Shown here: positions 10,213 to 21,917 of the stretch, piece by piece
Layout of the letters: each line of letters begins with the position of its first letter
Numbering within the stretch: position 1 is the stretch's first letter
Program-made: the position numbers and the translations under genes
Source of the DNA: an uncultured Verrucomicrobiae bacterium
GTDB taxonomy: Bacteria; Verrucomicrobiota; Verrucomicrobiia; Chthoniobacterales; Chthoniobacteraceae
Length of the DNA stretch: 64,000 nucleotides
Assembly (NCBI GenBank): GCA_963828525.1
Contig: CAWHEP010000008.1
Coordinates: 352,001-416,000, forward strand
Direction: 5' to 3'
The notes under the pieces: generated by a model
Seen by the model: the letters and a program-made list of their open reading frames with translations, nothing else
Told to the model about the DNA's origin: nothing
The model's database searches: none

Positions 10213-12879
10213 ATGATATTTTCAACTTCGCTGTTGGAGGAAGCGGGACGATTGGCGCAAGGCGCGATTGACGCGCTCTCAGCGCAGCTTTGTGTCCTGG
10301 ATGAAGGAGGGACGATCCTCGCGACCAACAAAGCGTGGCGGCGCTTTGCAGAGGCAAATCCGCCCGTGGCGCAGCGATCTGACACGGGAGACAACTATCT
10401 TGTGGTGTGCGACGGCGCGCAGGGAGCCGAACGCGCGGAGGCAGCGGCATTTGCGATGGGCATTCGCGCGGTCGTGAGCGGCGAGCTGACGGAGTTCGCC
10501 CTGGAATATCCCTGCCATTCGCCAACTGAAATGCGTTGGTTTGTGGGCCGGGTCACCCGCTTCGCTGGCGAAGGTCCGATCCGGCTGGTCGTCGCGCATG
10601 AAAATATCACCGCTCGCAAGCTGGCGGAGGAGGCGTCGCAGCGGCTCGCGGCGATCGTCGCTTCGTCAGACGACGCGATCATTGGTAAGGATCTGCGGAG
10701 CATCATCACGAGCTGGAACCAGGGCGCGGAAAGCATCTTCGGCTACACGAGCGACGAGATGGTTGGGACTTCAATCCGGCGGATAATCCCCGCGGACAGG
10801 CAGCAGGAGGAGGACTTCATCATAGGCAAGATCGCGCATGGGGAGAGTGTGGAGCACTTCGAAACGCTACGGCTCACCAAGGATAGGCGTTTGATTGACA
10901 TCTCGCTGACAGCGTCGCCGATCAAAGACACGACGGGGCAGGTGGCGGGCGTTTCAAAAGTGGCGCGTGATATCAGCGCGCGAAAGCGGGTCGAGGAGGA
11001 GTTGCGGCTCTTCCGCAGTCTGGTTGACCAATCGAATGACACGTTTGAAGTCGTCGACCCGGAGACGGGGCGCTTTCTCGACGTAAACGAGAAGGGCGCG
11101 GTGGATCTCCGATGCACGCGCGAGGAGTATCTGGAGCAGCGAGTGACGGATATCAATCCCGAGATGACCGACGCGCTCTGGGCGGACTTTGTGAAGAAGA
11201 TTCGCTCAACCGGCGTCATCACCGGCCGCGGCACCCATCGGCGAAAGGATGGCTCAACCTTCCCCATCGAATTCAGCGCGAAGTGGGTGAGACTGGACCG
11301 GGATTATATCGTGACGGCGGTGCGCGACATCACAGACCGCCTGCGGAGTGAAGAGCGCTTCCGGCGGCTGGTCGATTCCAACGCGCAGGGGGTGATGATC
11401 CGGCGGACGAATGGCGAGATCACGGAAGCCAACGACGCGTTCCTTCAGATGGTAGGTTACACGCGCGAGGAGTTGGAGGCCGGGACGCTGAACTGGATCG
11501 CTTTGACTCCCCCTGAATTCGCCAAGCTCGATCAAAATTGCACCGAAGAGATGAAGACGAAGGGAGCGTGCGTACCCTATGAGAAAGAATATCTGCGCAA
11601 AGATGGCACACGGGTTCCGGTGTTGGAGGGCGCGGCGGCGTTTACAGACAATCCTGACGAGGGAATTTCCTTCGCTCTGGATCTGACGGAGCGCAAGAAG
11701 CTGGAGCAGCAATTCCTCCGCGCCCAGCGGATGGAGGGGATTGGCACCCTGGCCGGCGGCATCGCGCACGATCTGAATAATTCGCTGGGGCCGATTATCA
11801 TGTCCCTCGATTTGCTGAAGATGAAGTTCACCGATCCGGCGAGCCAGGAATTGCTGTCCATCATCGAGATGAGCGCCCAGCGAGGGGCCGACATGGTTCG
11901 GCAGGTTCTCTCGTTTGCCCGCGGCGTGGAGGGACAGCGCATGGAAGTACAGGTCAAACATCTCCTCGGAGACATGACCAAGATCGCCCGAGATACCTTT
12001 CCGAAGGATATCGAGGTGCGGACGATGTATCCGCAAGACCTGTGGAGCGTCATCGGCGACCCCACGCAGCTCCACCAAGTGCTCCTGAACTTATGCGTGA
12101 ATGCCCGGGACGCCATGCCTGCCGGCGGCGTCCTGACTCTCTCCGCGCAAAACATAACGCTTGATGCCCACTATGTGGCCATGAACGCCGAAGCTTCCCC
12201 CGGACCCCATGTTTACCTGCAGGTCGAGGACACTGGATGCGGCATGCCTCCGGAAGTTACCGCAAAAATTTTCGACCCGTTTTTTACGACCAAGGAGATT
12301 GGAAAGGGCACCGGGCTGGGACTCTCCACGTCGATGGGAATCGTCCGCAGTCACGGCGGCTTCATCCGTGTCTACAGCGAACTTGGCAAAGGGACGACGT
12401 TTAAGGTGTACTTGCCAGCAGTGACAGAGAGTTCCCCCGCCGCCGTCGCGCAGGCAACGGAGATGCCGCGCGGAAATGGCGAAGTCATTCTGGTGGTGGA
12501 TGATGAGGCGTCCATACGCGACATAACCCAGCAGACGCTGGAGGCTTTTGGTTACCGCGTCCTCGTGGCTTCAGACGGCGCGGAAGCTGTGGCTGTTTAC
12601 GCCCGCCGAGGGGCGGAGATCGCTGCTGTGCTCACTGACATGATGATGCCGATCATGGACGGGCCGGCAACCATCCGGGCGCTGCGGCGGATGAATCCCG
12701 CGGTGCTTATCGTCGGCGCGAGCGGGCTCTCCGCCAACGGACACGTGACGCAAGCCGCGAATCTGGGGGTGAAACATTTTCTCCCGAAGCCCTACACTGC
12801 CGGAACGCTGTTGAAGGCGCTGAAAGAGGTGCTTTCCCCCGTGCCGCAAGATTCCTCTGGCTTTCACCAAACGACCTGA
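10213..12879 (+). CDS. Multi-PAS hybrid sensor histidine kinase (4 PAS-HisKA-HATPase-REC)
   Basis: PAS/PAC repeats, H-box GIAHDLNN, N-box NLCVNARDAM, FFTTKEIGKGTGLGL, C-terminal receiver (VVDDE, TDMMMP, KP). Start approximate. Confidence 0.95.
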   Translation: MIFSTSLLEEAGRLAQGAIDALSAQLCVLDEGGTILATNKAWRRFAEANPPVAQRSDTGDNYLVVCDGAQGAERAEAAAFAMGIRAVVSGELTEFALEYPCHSPTEMRWFVGRVTRFAGEGPIRLVVAHENITARKLAEEASQRLAAIVASSDDAIIGKDLRSIITSWNQGAESIFGYTSDEMVGTSIRRIIPADRQQEEDFIIGKIAHGESVEHFETLRLTKDRRLIDISLTASPIKDTTGQVAGVSKVARDISARKRVEEELRLFRSLVDQSNDTFEVVDPETGRFLDVNEKGAVDLRCTREEYLEQRVTDINPEMTDALWADFVKKIRSTGVITGRGTHRRKDGSTFPIEFSAKWVRLDRDYIVTAVRDITDRLRSEERFRRLVDSNAQGVMIRRTNGEITEANDAFLQMVGYTREELEAGTLNWIALTPPEFAKLDQNCTEEMKTKGACVPYEKEYLRKDGTRVPVLEGAAAFTDNPDEGISFALDLTERKKLEQQFLRAQRMEGIGTLAGGIAHDLNNSLGPIIMSLDLLKMKFTDPASQELLSIIEMSAQRGADMVRQVLSFARGVEGQRMEVQVKHLLGDMTKIARDTFPKDIEVRTMYPQDLWSVIGDPTQLHQVLLNLCVNARDAMPAGGVLTLSAQNITLDAHYVAMNAEASPGPHVYLQVEDTGCGMPPEVTAKIFDPFFTTKEIGKGTGLGLSTSMGIVRSHGGFIRVYSELGKGTTFKVYLPAVTESSPAAVAQATEMPRGNGEVILVVDDEASIRDITQQTLEAFGYRVLVASDGAEAVAVYARRGAEIAAVLTDMMMPIMDGPATIRALRRMNPAVLIVGASGLSANGHVTQAANLGVKHFLPKPYTAGTLLKALKEVLSPVPQDSSGFHQTT

Positions 12880-12921
12880 AGGTGCCGGTTGCGCGGGTGA
12901 TACGCGCGTCTGCGTCAACCT

Positions 12922-13971
12922 CTACTTCCTTCGACCCGGCCACGAGGCTGGCCGCGTCCAGAAGGCGTCGCCGCGCCCGCCGTAGTAGCCCGACAGGACA
13001 TGATCCATAATCACTGAACTGCGCAGCGCGGAGTCACCCGTGCTGGCGCAGATGCCGCGTCCGAGGAGTTCATCGACAATGGTCTGGACGAGAGGCTGAT
13101 GGACGTGCGGCGGGTTGGGCAGGTCAAAGGTTTGCAATCCGCCGCCGGTTTCGAGCTTCACCGGTTCGTTGCCAAAGATGGAGAGGCTGACCCGGCCCGT
13201 TGTTCCAGATAGCTCAAGGACATCATCGTTCAGCGCGCTCGCGAAGTTCCAACTTGCGGCGCCCGGGGCGCCTGACGCGGTTCGGAACGTCATCGCCACG
13301 GTGTCTTCCACATCCATGGGCGTCGCGATATTCGCGGCGGTTCCAGCCACATTGGACACGGGTCCCACAAGCAAATCGAGCAGATCCAGAAGGTGCGAGC
13401 CGAGATCGAGGAAAAGGCCGGCGCCGGCAACTTCCGCGCTCAAGCGCCAGGGCCACGCGCCTTCGCTGGCGGATTGAACAGGACTTGCAAAGCGATAGGA
13501 CACGCCGGTCAGGACGCCGATGGCGTTCGCGGAGAGCAGCTCCTGAACTTTGCGGCATCGGGGCAGTTCACGGCGATAGTACGCGACATACAGCGGCAGG
13601 CCAGCGTCCCGGAAAGCGCGGATCATGACTTCACATTCAGCGGCGTTGCGCGCCATCGGTTTTTCCACGTAGGCAGGTTTGCCGGCAGCGGCGGCGAGCA
13701 AGGCGCACTCAAGGTGGGCGTTGGGCGGGGTGGCGACATAGACGGCGTCCACTTCAGGATCGTTTACGAGCGCCCGGGCGTCGTCATACCACCGGCTGAC
13801 GCCATGGCGTCTGGCGTAATCAGCCGCCAGTGCCCCGTTGCGCCGCATCACCGCCACCAGCTCGGAGCCCACTGCTCGCTGGAAAGCCGGACCGCTCTTG
13901 ATTTCGGTCACGTCGCCGCACCCAATGATTCCCCACCGAACAGCGCCTGTATTGTTGACCGGAGTTTTCAT
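12922..13971 (-). CDS. Gfo/Idh/MocA family oxidoreductase
   Basis: RWGIIGCG Rossmann motif, VYVATPP, YVEKPMA, DLGSH. Confidence 0.93.
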   Translation of the reverse strand: MKTPVNNTGAVRWGIIGCGDVTEIKSGPAFQRAVGSELVAVMRRNGALAADYARRHGVSRWYDDARALVNDPEVDAVYVATPPNAHLECALLAAAAGKPAYVEKPMARNAAECEVMIRAFRDAGLPLYVAYYRRELPRCRKVQELLSANAIGVLTGVSYRFASPVQSASEGAWPWRLSAEVAGAGLFLDLGSHLLDLLDLLVGPVSNVAGTAANIATPMDVEDTVAMTFRTASGAPGAASWNFASALNDDVLELSGTTGRVSLSIFGNEPVKLETGGGLQTFDLPNPPHVHQPLVQTIVDELLGRGICASTGDSALRSSVIMDHVLSGYYGGRGDAFWTRPASWPGRRK

Positions 13972-14183
13972 TGAATCCGAGAAGGGGTAACAGCCTTCCA
14001 AAGGCAATGCTGCTTCATTTGGTGGCTGATGTTCGCCTGAGTCTTGACGTTTGTCCGGCCAAAAATTCCGCGACTTCCTGAGCGGGATACGGCCAATGAT
14101 GTTTAAACACCCGAAAACTAATCGTCATGCGGCGTCTCTGAACAGGAGCGCGCGCACTTAAACTCTAACAATCCAAACTCGCC

Positions 14184-15023
14184 ATGAACACAGAAACGGC
14201 CCTTATTACCGGCGCCTCCAGCGGCATTGGTCTCCACCTTGCTCATGAGTTTGCCCGCCACGGACATCCGGTGGTTATCGTGGCTCCAGTCGCGTCCGAA
14301 CTGGAAGAGGTGGCGGCGGAGTTCCGCGCAAAACATAACGTCACGGCCCGCGTCATCGCAAAAGATCTGGAGGAGCCAGATGCCGCGCAGGAAATTTTTG
14401 ACGAGTTGCAGGAGGCAGGGATCGAAATCGACATCCTTGTGAACAACGCGGGTCACGGCTCACAGGGAAAATGGTGGGAGATGTCGATTGATGAAGACCT
14501 TTCGGTGATGCGGTTGAACGTGGAGGCCGTGCTGCGGCTGACGAAGTTTTTCCTCCCGCCGATGCTGCGACGCAATCGCGGGCGCATCCTTAACACGGCT
14601 TCAATGGTGGGTTTCCAGCCCGCGCCGATGCTGGCGACGTATGCCGCGAGCAAAGCCTTTGTGCTTTCGTGGAGCGAAGCGCTGGCGGTGGAGCTCGACG
14701 ACACTCCGATCTCGGTAACGGCGTTATGCCCCGGCGTTACGGACACAGATTTCTTCAAAAAGGGGGACGCCGAGGGAATCCTCGGACGGCAGAGTTCCAA
14801 CGTGATGTCACCGCAGGACGTCGCGAAGGCTGGCTACGACGCCATGATCGCGGGAGAGTTGTTCGTAGTCCCAGGAACTCTTAACAAGATCATGACTGCT
14901 GCCCGGCGCATCCTGCCTGTGACGACACAGGCGAAGATCAACGAGAAAGTGAACTCGGATGTTCCGCCGGAGAAGCAAACTCATCAGCGCGGAGAAAAGG
15001 AAGAGGCAGCGCTTAGAGACTAG
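14184..15023 (+). CDS. SDR family oxidoreductase
   Basis: TGASSGIG, NNAG, YAASK. Confidence 0.93.
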   Translation: MNTETALITGASSGIGLHLAHEFARHGHPVVIVAPVASELEEVAAEFRAKHNVTARVIAKDLEEPDAAQEIFDELQEAGIEIDILVNNAGHGSQGKWWEMSIDEDLSVMRLNVEAVLRLTKFFLPPMLRRNRGRILNTASMVGFQPAPMLATYAASKAFVLSWSEALAVELDDTPISVTALCPGVTDTDFFKKGDAEGILGRQSSNVMSPQDVAKAGYDAMIAGELFVVPGTLNKIMTAARRILPVTTQAKINEKVNSDVPPEKQTHQRGEKEEAALRD

Positions 15024-15112
15024 AGCAATCCCCACTGCTCGGGCGGTGGCGCCGCGCACATCATAAGTTCCGCGCTTGTTCACTTATCCGGACTCTGAAA
15101 GAGTCCGGGGCT

Positions 15113-17047
15113 ATGGATTTGCTGGCCGAGCTTCGCGCGCGTTTCGGACACGTTGCCTTCCGGGAGGGGCAGGAAACAGTAATCCGCGCGCTTCTCGCGG
15201 GAGATTCCGCCTTGGCTCTCTTCCCAACCGGGGCGGGCAAGTCCCTTTGCTATCAACTACCCGCCGTGTTGCTGGAGGGAACGGCTCTGGTGGTTTCTCC
15301 GCTGATCGCGTTGATGAAGGATCAGGTGGACGCTCTGCGAGCGCGCGGGGTGGCTGCGGCGCGACTCGACTCCAGCCTCACCGCACAGGAGACGCAGCAG
15401 GTGTATGCCGGATTGCGAGCTGGAAAACTGAAGCTGCTGTATGTGGCCCCGGAACGGTTGTCGGGGGAAGCGTTCCTGGATCGGCTGCGCCAGGCGAGAA
15501 TCTCCATGGTGGCGATCGATGAAGCACATTGCATTTCCGAATGGGGACATAATTTCCGGCCGGATTACCTGCGCCTGGCCCGGGTGGCGGACGAACTGAA
15601 ACTGCTTCCGGTGCTGGCGCTAACCGCGACGGCGACTCCCGAGGTGGCGCGGGATATCTGCAGGGCCTTCCACATCGCGGATAGCCGGCACGTGCAGACT
15701 TCATTTCGGAGGAGCAACCTTCATCTGCGCGTTACTCCCTGCGCGGCGGCTGATCGGCTCGGGCTGCTGACTCGCCGACTGGGGAATGCCAAAACGCGTC
15801 CCGCAGTGGTGTATGTAACCTTCCAGAAGACGGCCGCGGAAGTAGCCGCTCACCTCGTCACGGCAGGCCTCCGCGCTCGCGCGTATCACGCCGGGATGGA
15901 TGCCGAGGAGCGATCGGCAACGCAGGAGAGCTTCATGCGCGGCGAGTGCGAGGTCATCGTCGCAACCATCGCTTTCGGCATGGGGATTGATAAGGCGGAC
16001 ATTCGCAGCGTCATCCATTTCAATCTGCCCAAGACGCTCGAGAATTATCAGCAGGAAATTGGACGCGCTGGTCGTGACGGACAACCTGCGTTTTGCGAAC
16101 TGCTCGCTTGCGCCGATGACGCGATCCCGCTTGAGAATTTCACCCTTGGCGATACACCGGAACTGCCCGCCCTTGAGGCGCTGGTCCGACGGATGCTAGG
16201 CGCGGGGAAGGAGTTCCACGTGAGCCGCTACGACCTCAGCCAGGAGACGGATATCCGCCCCCTCGTGGTCGAGACAGTGATCACCTATCTGGAACTTGAA
16301 GGCTTCCTGCAACCGACTCGAACATTCTACGAAAGCACCCAGGTTCAGTTTCTCCGTCCCGATGAAGCCATCCTCCAAGGCCACACCGAAGAGCGGCGGC
16401 GCTTCCTGGCCAATCTGTTACAGGCGGGGAAACGCGGTCCCAAGTATCTGACGCTGGAGTTCGAAGAAGCGGCGCGCGTTCTCGGTGAACCGCGGGAGCG
16501 GATCGTTAAGGCGCTGGCGTGGCTGGAGGAGACAGGCGCGATCTCGCAGAAACCGGCTGGCCTGCGAAATGGCTTCCGATTATGTGAACGCGCTGGGGAC
16601 GCCAGTCCGGAGGAAGTATCCCTCCGCATCGCGAAGCTGTTCGCGACGCGGGAAGAGCGAGACCTGCAGCGGATGACCGGGTTCCTGGAATTCGCGAGCG
16701 CCCCAGGTTGCATAACCCGGCGGCTCCTGGCCTACTTCGGAGAGAAACTCGAAGAGGCAAACTGCGGGCACTGCCACTATTGCCGGACAGGCCAGCCTGC
16801 CGCGCGGGTTACCCTGCCCTCCTCGCCGTTAAAACCTTTTACGGAGGCGGATGCCGACGAGATTCGCGGGATCATCTTTGAGGAGAATCCGGCGCTGGCA
16901 AGCCCGCGAGCGCTCACGCGCTTTTTCTGCGGTCTCACAAGCCCGGCGACCACCCGAGCTAAATTAACGCGACGCCCCGAGTTCGGACGCTGGGCCGCCG
17001 TGCCCTTCAGAAACGTGCTGTCCCAAGTGGAAACGTGCTGGGAGTGA
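15113..17047 (+). CDS. recQ: RecQ family ATP-dependent DNA helicase (no HRDC evident)
   Basis: PTGAGKS, DEAHCISEWGHNFRP, ATIAFGMGIDK, QEIGRAGRDG, Zn-binding C..CGHCHYC. Confidence 0.93.
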   Translation: MDLLAELRARFGHVAFREGQETVIRALLAGDSALALFPTGAGKSLCYQLPAVLLEGTALVVSPLIALMKDQVDALRARGVAAARLDSSLTAQETQQVYAGLRAGKLKLLYVAPERLSGEAFLDRLRQARISMVAIDEAHCISEWGHNFRPDYLRLARVADELKLLPVLALTATATPEVARDICRAFHIADSRHVQTSFRRSNLHLRVTPCAAADRLGLLTRRLGNAKTRPAVVYVTFQKTAAEVAAHLVTAGLRARAYHAGMDAEERSATQESFMRGECEVIVATIAFGMGIDKADIRSVIHFNLPKTLENYQQEIGRAGRDGQPAFCELLACADDAIPLENFTLGDTPELPALEALVRRMLGAGKEFHVSRYDLSQETDIRPLVVETVITYLELEGFLQPTRTFYESTQVQFLRPDEAILQGHTEERRRFLANLLQAGKRGPKYLTLEFEEAARVLGEPRERIVKALAWLEETGAISQKPAGLRNGFRLCERAGDASPEEVSLRIAKLFATREERDLQRMTGFLEFASAPGCITRRLLAYFGEKLEEANCGHCHYCRTGQPAARVTLPSSPLKPFTEADADEIRGIIFEENPALASPRALTRFFCGLTSPATTRAKLTRRPEFGRWAAVPFRNVLSQVETCWE

Positions 17048-17169
17048 CGTTTCGCAAATTGGCTCTCTCGCGCTTCCGCGCGGCAAATTGCCACCACCGG
17101 AATTTAAGGTTGAGATAAGCGCGGATCTCTTCATTTTGAGGTTCAGTTCAAATTCCAAAAATCTCCACC

Positions 17170-17590
17170 ATGCCAAACACCATCATCCATCCCTACCTCA
17201 TATTCGGCGGCAGATGTGAAGAAGCGGTCGAATTTTACCGCGATAATCTGGGCGCTGAAGTCACCATGATGATGCCGTTTAAAGAAACTCCCGATCCGAT
17301 TCCCCCGATAAGGTTCCGCCCGACTGGGAGGAAAAGATCATGCACGCTTCCTTTAAGATCGGGGAGAGCGTTATCATGGCCTCGGAGCGGATGCGACAGC
17401 GACGGCAAATTCAGTGGCTTCTCACTATCGCTCGCGCTGCCCGAAGAAGGATCGGCCAAGAGCGCGCTTCGCCGCATTGAGCGAAGGCGGGAAGGTTGAA
17501 ATGCCGCTCGGCAAGACGTTTTGGTCGCCATGTTTCGGGATGGTGACGGATCGGTTTGGCGTGGATTGGATGGTCACGATTCTTCCGTGA
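17170..17590 (+). CDS. VOC/PhnB-like protein (frameshifted)
   Basis: [59 protein letters not shown]. Confidence 0.88.
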
Positions 17591-18797
17591 GCGGCTTGCG
17601 TTGCGAGATGGCGCGCCGAGAACCCGCGTCCGGGGAGACACCTATTTCCATAAATCGTTTGGCGCGATGCCAGGCTGGCCGGGCGGCTTCGACAAGAACA
17701 TTGTGCCGGGGAGCAGCGGGAGACAGAGGCTCCAGATCCTGCGTGATTTCCCAAAAGAAGTATCCCCTGCATACCGGCTTGATTCGCCCATGCGGCTTTC
17801 GAGCGCAACGGACTGCTCATCATCATAGGAAATGAGTTCGCTGGCATCTGCGTTCCGCAGCCACGGAACACCTGCGTCCTTTGACCAATGCCGGTTCCAA
17901 CCGGCCGAAAGAAGGGCCGCGATGTCGTTGAACGCGATGTCGGGATGCGAGCTTCGGGCCGAAGCGGCGTTTGGCCCCAACCGCTGGTCGCAAACCCGTG
18001 GCCAAAGCAGGGAATGCCAATCAGAATTTTGTCTTTCGGAAAGTTCTTGCTTGCCAGCACTCCACAAATTTTTGAAATGAATAGGCATTCCCATCGATCA
18101 GCGTCCGCGGTGGTCTCATGCAGAGGGGAGTTGAATCCGGCGTGGCTGAACGTGCCCGTTCTCCTGCTTCCACGGGCCATGCAGGTCATAGCTCATGATC
18201 TGGATGAAGTTGACAAGGGGCGCGAGTTTGGCGCCATCAAAAGACTCCGTGTCTTCGCCGATGGCCGGCACAGCCATCGTGAGAAGCGCCGACGCGATTC
18301 GTGCTCCGCAGAGCCCCACGCAGAATCGTGACAAACAGGACAAGGTTTTCCTTGTCTCCAGGGCTCGGGAATTCCCAGTCCACATCAACGCCGTCGTATC
18401 TGTTGTCAGCGACGACTTCGGCTAATTGACTGAACGCATTTCCGCATCCTCGCCGGATTCTTCGCCAGCGCGCTGAAAGCGGGACCACTCCCCTCGCCTC
18501 CCAGCCCCAGGAGGACTTTCACGCCAGCGGCATGTGCGGCGCTCGGTAAGGGACGTCGCTCGGGAGGTTGCCGTCCGCGCGGAGAGTTCCATCGTATTGA
18601 TGGTGGCAAACGCGTGCACCAAATGAGTGAAAAGCCGGAAGTTGATTTTCTCTGGAGGAAGACCGGTATTCCAGCATGGGTAGTAGCCAAGCACAGTCGG
18701 TGGCCTACGGCGGCTTCGCTCATGCAGAAGAAGCAGAAGAAGGAGACGTCTGAGAGCGAGAGAAAAGGACCTTAGTCGCGGATCAGTTGGGCGCCAT
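17575..18797 (-). CDS. Glycoside hydrolase family 18 (chitinase-like), multiple frameshifts, ends approximate
   Basis: [27 protein letters not shown], catalytic [36 protein letters not shown]; hydrophobic N-terminus. Confidence 0.85.
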
Positions 18798-21700
18798 GCG
18801 GACAGCGACGGGAAGCGAGCGCGCTGACCCCGCGCTCCCCAAGCCTTCCACGACGCGCCATGTGTTCGAATGCCAAGTAGATGACGGGGGTCGTGTATAG
18901 CGTCAGAAACTGAGAGACAATGAGGCCTCCGACCACGCTGATGCCAAGAGGCTGGCGAAGTTCCGAGCCGGTGCCAAGACCAAGCGCAAGGGGAACAGCG
19001 CCGAACAGTGCGGCCATGGTTGTCATCATGATCGGGCCGAAACCGGATGACGCAGGCTTTGTAGATGGCCTCCTCCGGAGTGAGATTGTCGCTGCGCTCA
19101 GCTTCGAGCGCGAAATCGATCATCATGATCGCGTTCTTTTTCACGATGCCCATGAGAAGGATGATGCCGATGAAGGAGACCAGCGAGAGATCGACGCCTG
19201 CAATCATCAGGGCGAGCAGACGCTCCGACTCCGGCTGAGGGGAGCGTGGAGAGAATGGTGATGGGATGGATGAGGCTCTCGTAGAGAATCGCCGAGGACG
19301 ATATAGACGGTGACGAGCGCGGCGAGCGAGAAGGATCGGGGTGCTGGACAGGGAAGATTGAAAGACCTGCGCGGTTCCCTGGAAGCTGCGGATGATGTCG
19401 CCCGGCATCTTCATCTCATGCGCGGCGTTGGTGACGAGATCGGTCGCGTTGCCTAGCGAAATCCCGGGAGCAGAGGTTGAAGGAGAGGGTCACAGCCGGG
19501 AACTGCCCCTGGTGATTGACGGAGAGAAAAGCGTTCGAGATGGAGAATTTCGGGAAACCGAGGAAAGCGGCACCTGACGTCCGTTTGTCGATTTGACGAT
19601 AGATTTTCTGAAGGCGAAGGATCGGAAAGATAATTCGGATCGACCTCCATCACGACGTGATGCTGATTGTAACGTTCGTAGATGGTCGAGACCTGGCGCT
19701 GGCCAAAGGCGTCGTATAGCGTGTTATCAATGGCCTCGACAGTGATGCCCAGCCTTGCGGCGGCGTCACGATCCACTTCGACATTTGCCTGCAGACCTCC
19801 GGTTTGCTGGTCGCTGTTGACATCTCTTAGCTCCGGCATCTTGCGCAGCTTCTCCACGAGACGCGGCGCCCAGAGGTTCAAGTTATCAAGACTGCCGCTT
19901 TGCAGTGCATACTGAAACTGCGCCTTGCTGGCGCGGCCACCAACGCGGATGTCCTGCACTGACTGGAGGAACAGGTTGATCCCGGGAACCCTTTTGCAAG
20001 CTGGTGTCGAAGACGGTCAACGATTTGATCGGCGCCCACCTTCCGTTCGCACGCGGCTTTAAGGAGACAAACATCCGTGCCATTGTTGACGGTGGAACCA
20101 CCGCCGCCACCGCCCGCGAAGGAGCCGATGGTATCAACCGCCGGATCGGCAATAACGATGCGGGCTACCTGAGTCTGCAGCTTCGCCATGGCTTGAAACG
20201 AGATGTCCTGCGACGCTTCCGTCGTGCCCATCAGCATGCCTGTATCCTGCTGGGGGAAGAGCCCTTTCGGAGCCAGACGGTAGAGCCAGATGGTCGCGCA
20301 AAAAGTAGCGACGGCCACCAGTAGCATGAAGGATCTGATGCCGAAGCACCCACTTAAGGCCGGAGGCGTAGTGACCGAGCAGCCAATCGAACGCCCGCTC
20401 GCTCATCCGGTAAAACAGGCCTGGAGGAGGTTGCGATGATTCCGCTTTAAGGAACCGCGAGCACATCATGGGTGTGAGGGTGAGAGAGATGACGCCCGAG
20501 ACAAGAATCGCGGCGCTCAGCGTGACCGCGAATTCATGGAAAAGGCGTCCGATCAGACCGCCCATGAACAGCAGCGGGATGAATACGGCTACAAGGGAGA
20601 GACTGATGGAAACCACCGTAAATCCGATTTGCCTGCGCGCCTTTCAAGGCAGCCTCAAAGGGGGACAGGCCCTGCTCGACAAAGCGGAAGACGTTTTCGA
20701 TAACAACAATCGCGTCGTCCACCACGAATCCAACGGAAACCGTGACAGCCATCAGCGAAAGATTGTCCAGGCTGTAGTGACACAGGTACATCACTCCGAA
20801 GGTGCCAGCCAGCGCCAGAGGCACGGTTACGCACGCGATCAAGGTCGGCCAGAACCTTCGCAGAAAGAGGAAAATCACCATCACCACGAGGGCAATGCTA
20901 AGAAGGAGGGAGAACTGCACATCCTGCACCGAGGAGCGAATGGTGAGGGTGCGGTCGCTAAGTATCTTGATGTTAACGCTTGGAGGAATCCACTTCTCCG
21001 CCTGCGGAAGCGCGGCCTTGATACGATCGACCGTCTCGATGACATTCGCGTCCGGTTGTTTGAAAATGATGAGGAGAACCGCCGGTTCGATTCCCGACCA
21101 GCCCGCGACCAGCGTGTTCTCGACGCCATCGCGGATATTTCCCAGGGACTTCAAGGAAGATTGGACGCCGTTCTTCTGGGCAAGGATGAGTTTACTTATA
21201 GTCCTTTGGCACGCTGAGCTGATCGTTGCTATAGATGGCATATGAAGCTGAATCATTATCCACGCTGCCTTTCGGAGAGTCGACATTTACCTGGCTGAGG
21301 AAGGCGCGCACATCCTCGAGGCCTATGCCTGTCGACGCCAGCGCGGACGGGTTTACCGGACGCGAACCGCCGATTTGCGCCTCCGCTGATATCACCTGGC
21401 TGACACCTTGTATCTGGCTAAGCCGCTGCGCGACGATTTCATCGGCATACTGGTAGATCTTCGTCGTCTCCTGGGACTTTGACGTCATTGCCAGCACCAT
21501 GATGGGGGCGTCGGCGGGATTTACCTTCCGGTAGGTTGGCGGGCCCGGAAGATTGATCGGGAGTTCAGCGGCGGCGGCTGCAATCGCGGCCTGCACGTCC
21601 CGCGCCGCGCCATCCACGGCGCGACTGAGATCAAACTGCACCGTCACAGAGCAACCGCCCAGTGTGCTGGCAGAGGTAAGCTCGGAAACCCCGGCGATCT

Positions 21701-21917
21701 GGCTGAGGCGGCGCTCCAACGGGGCAGCCAGGGAGGTGGCTACCGTCGCGGCGTCGGCTCCGGGCAGGGACGCGCTTACGGTGATCATGGCGAAATCCAC
21801 ACGCGGCAGTGGCGCTATGGGGAGGAAGTGGTAAGCCACCCCGCCCAGGATCAACAATCCTATCGAGAGAAGGAACGTGCCCGCCGGTCGCCGAATGAAG
21901 GGCTCCGAGATGCTCAT
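18772..21917 (-). CDS. mdtC: RND efflux permease, MdtC-like (frameshifted)
   Basis: [54 protein letters not shown]. Confidence 0.85.
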
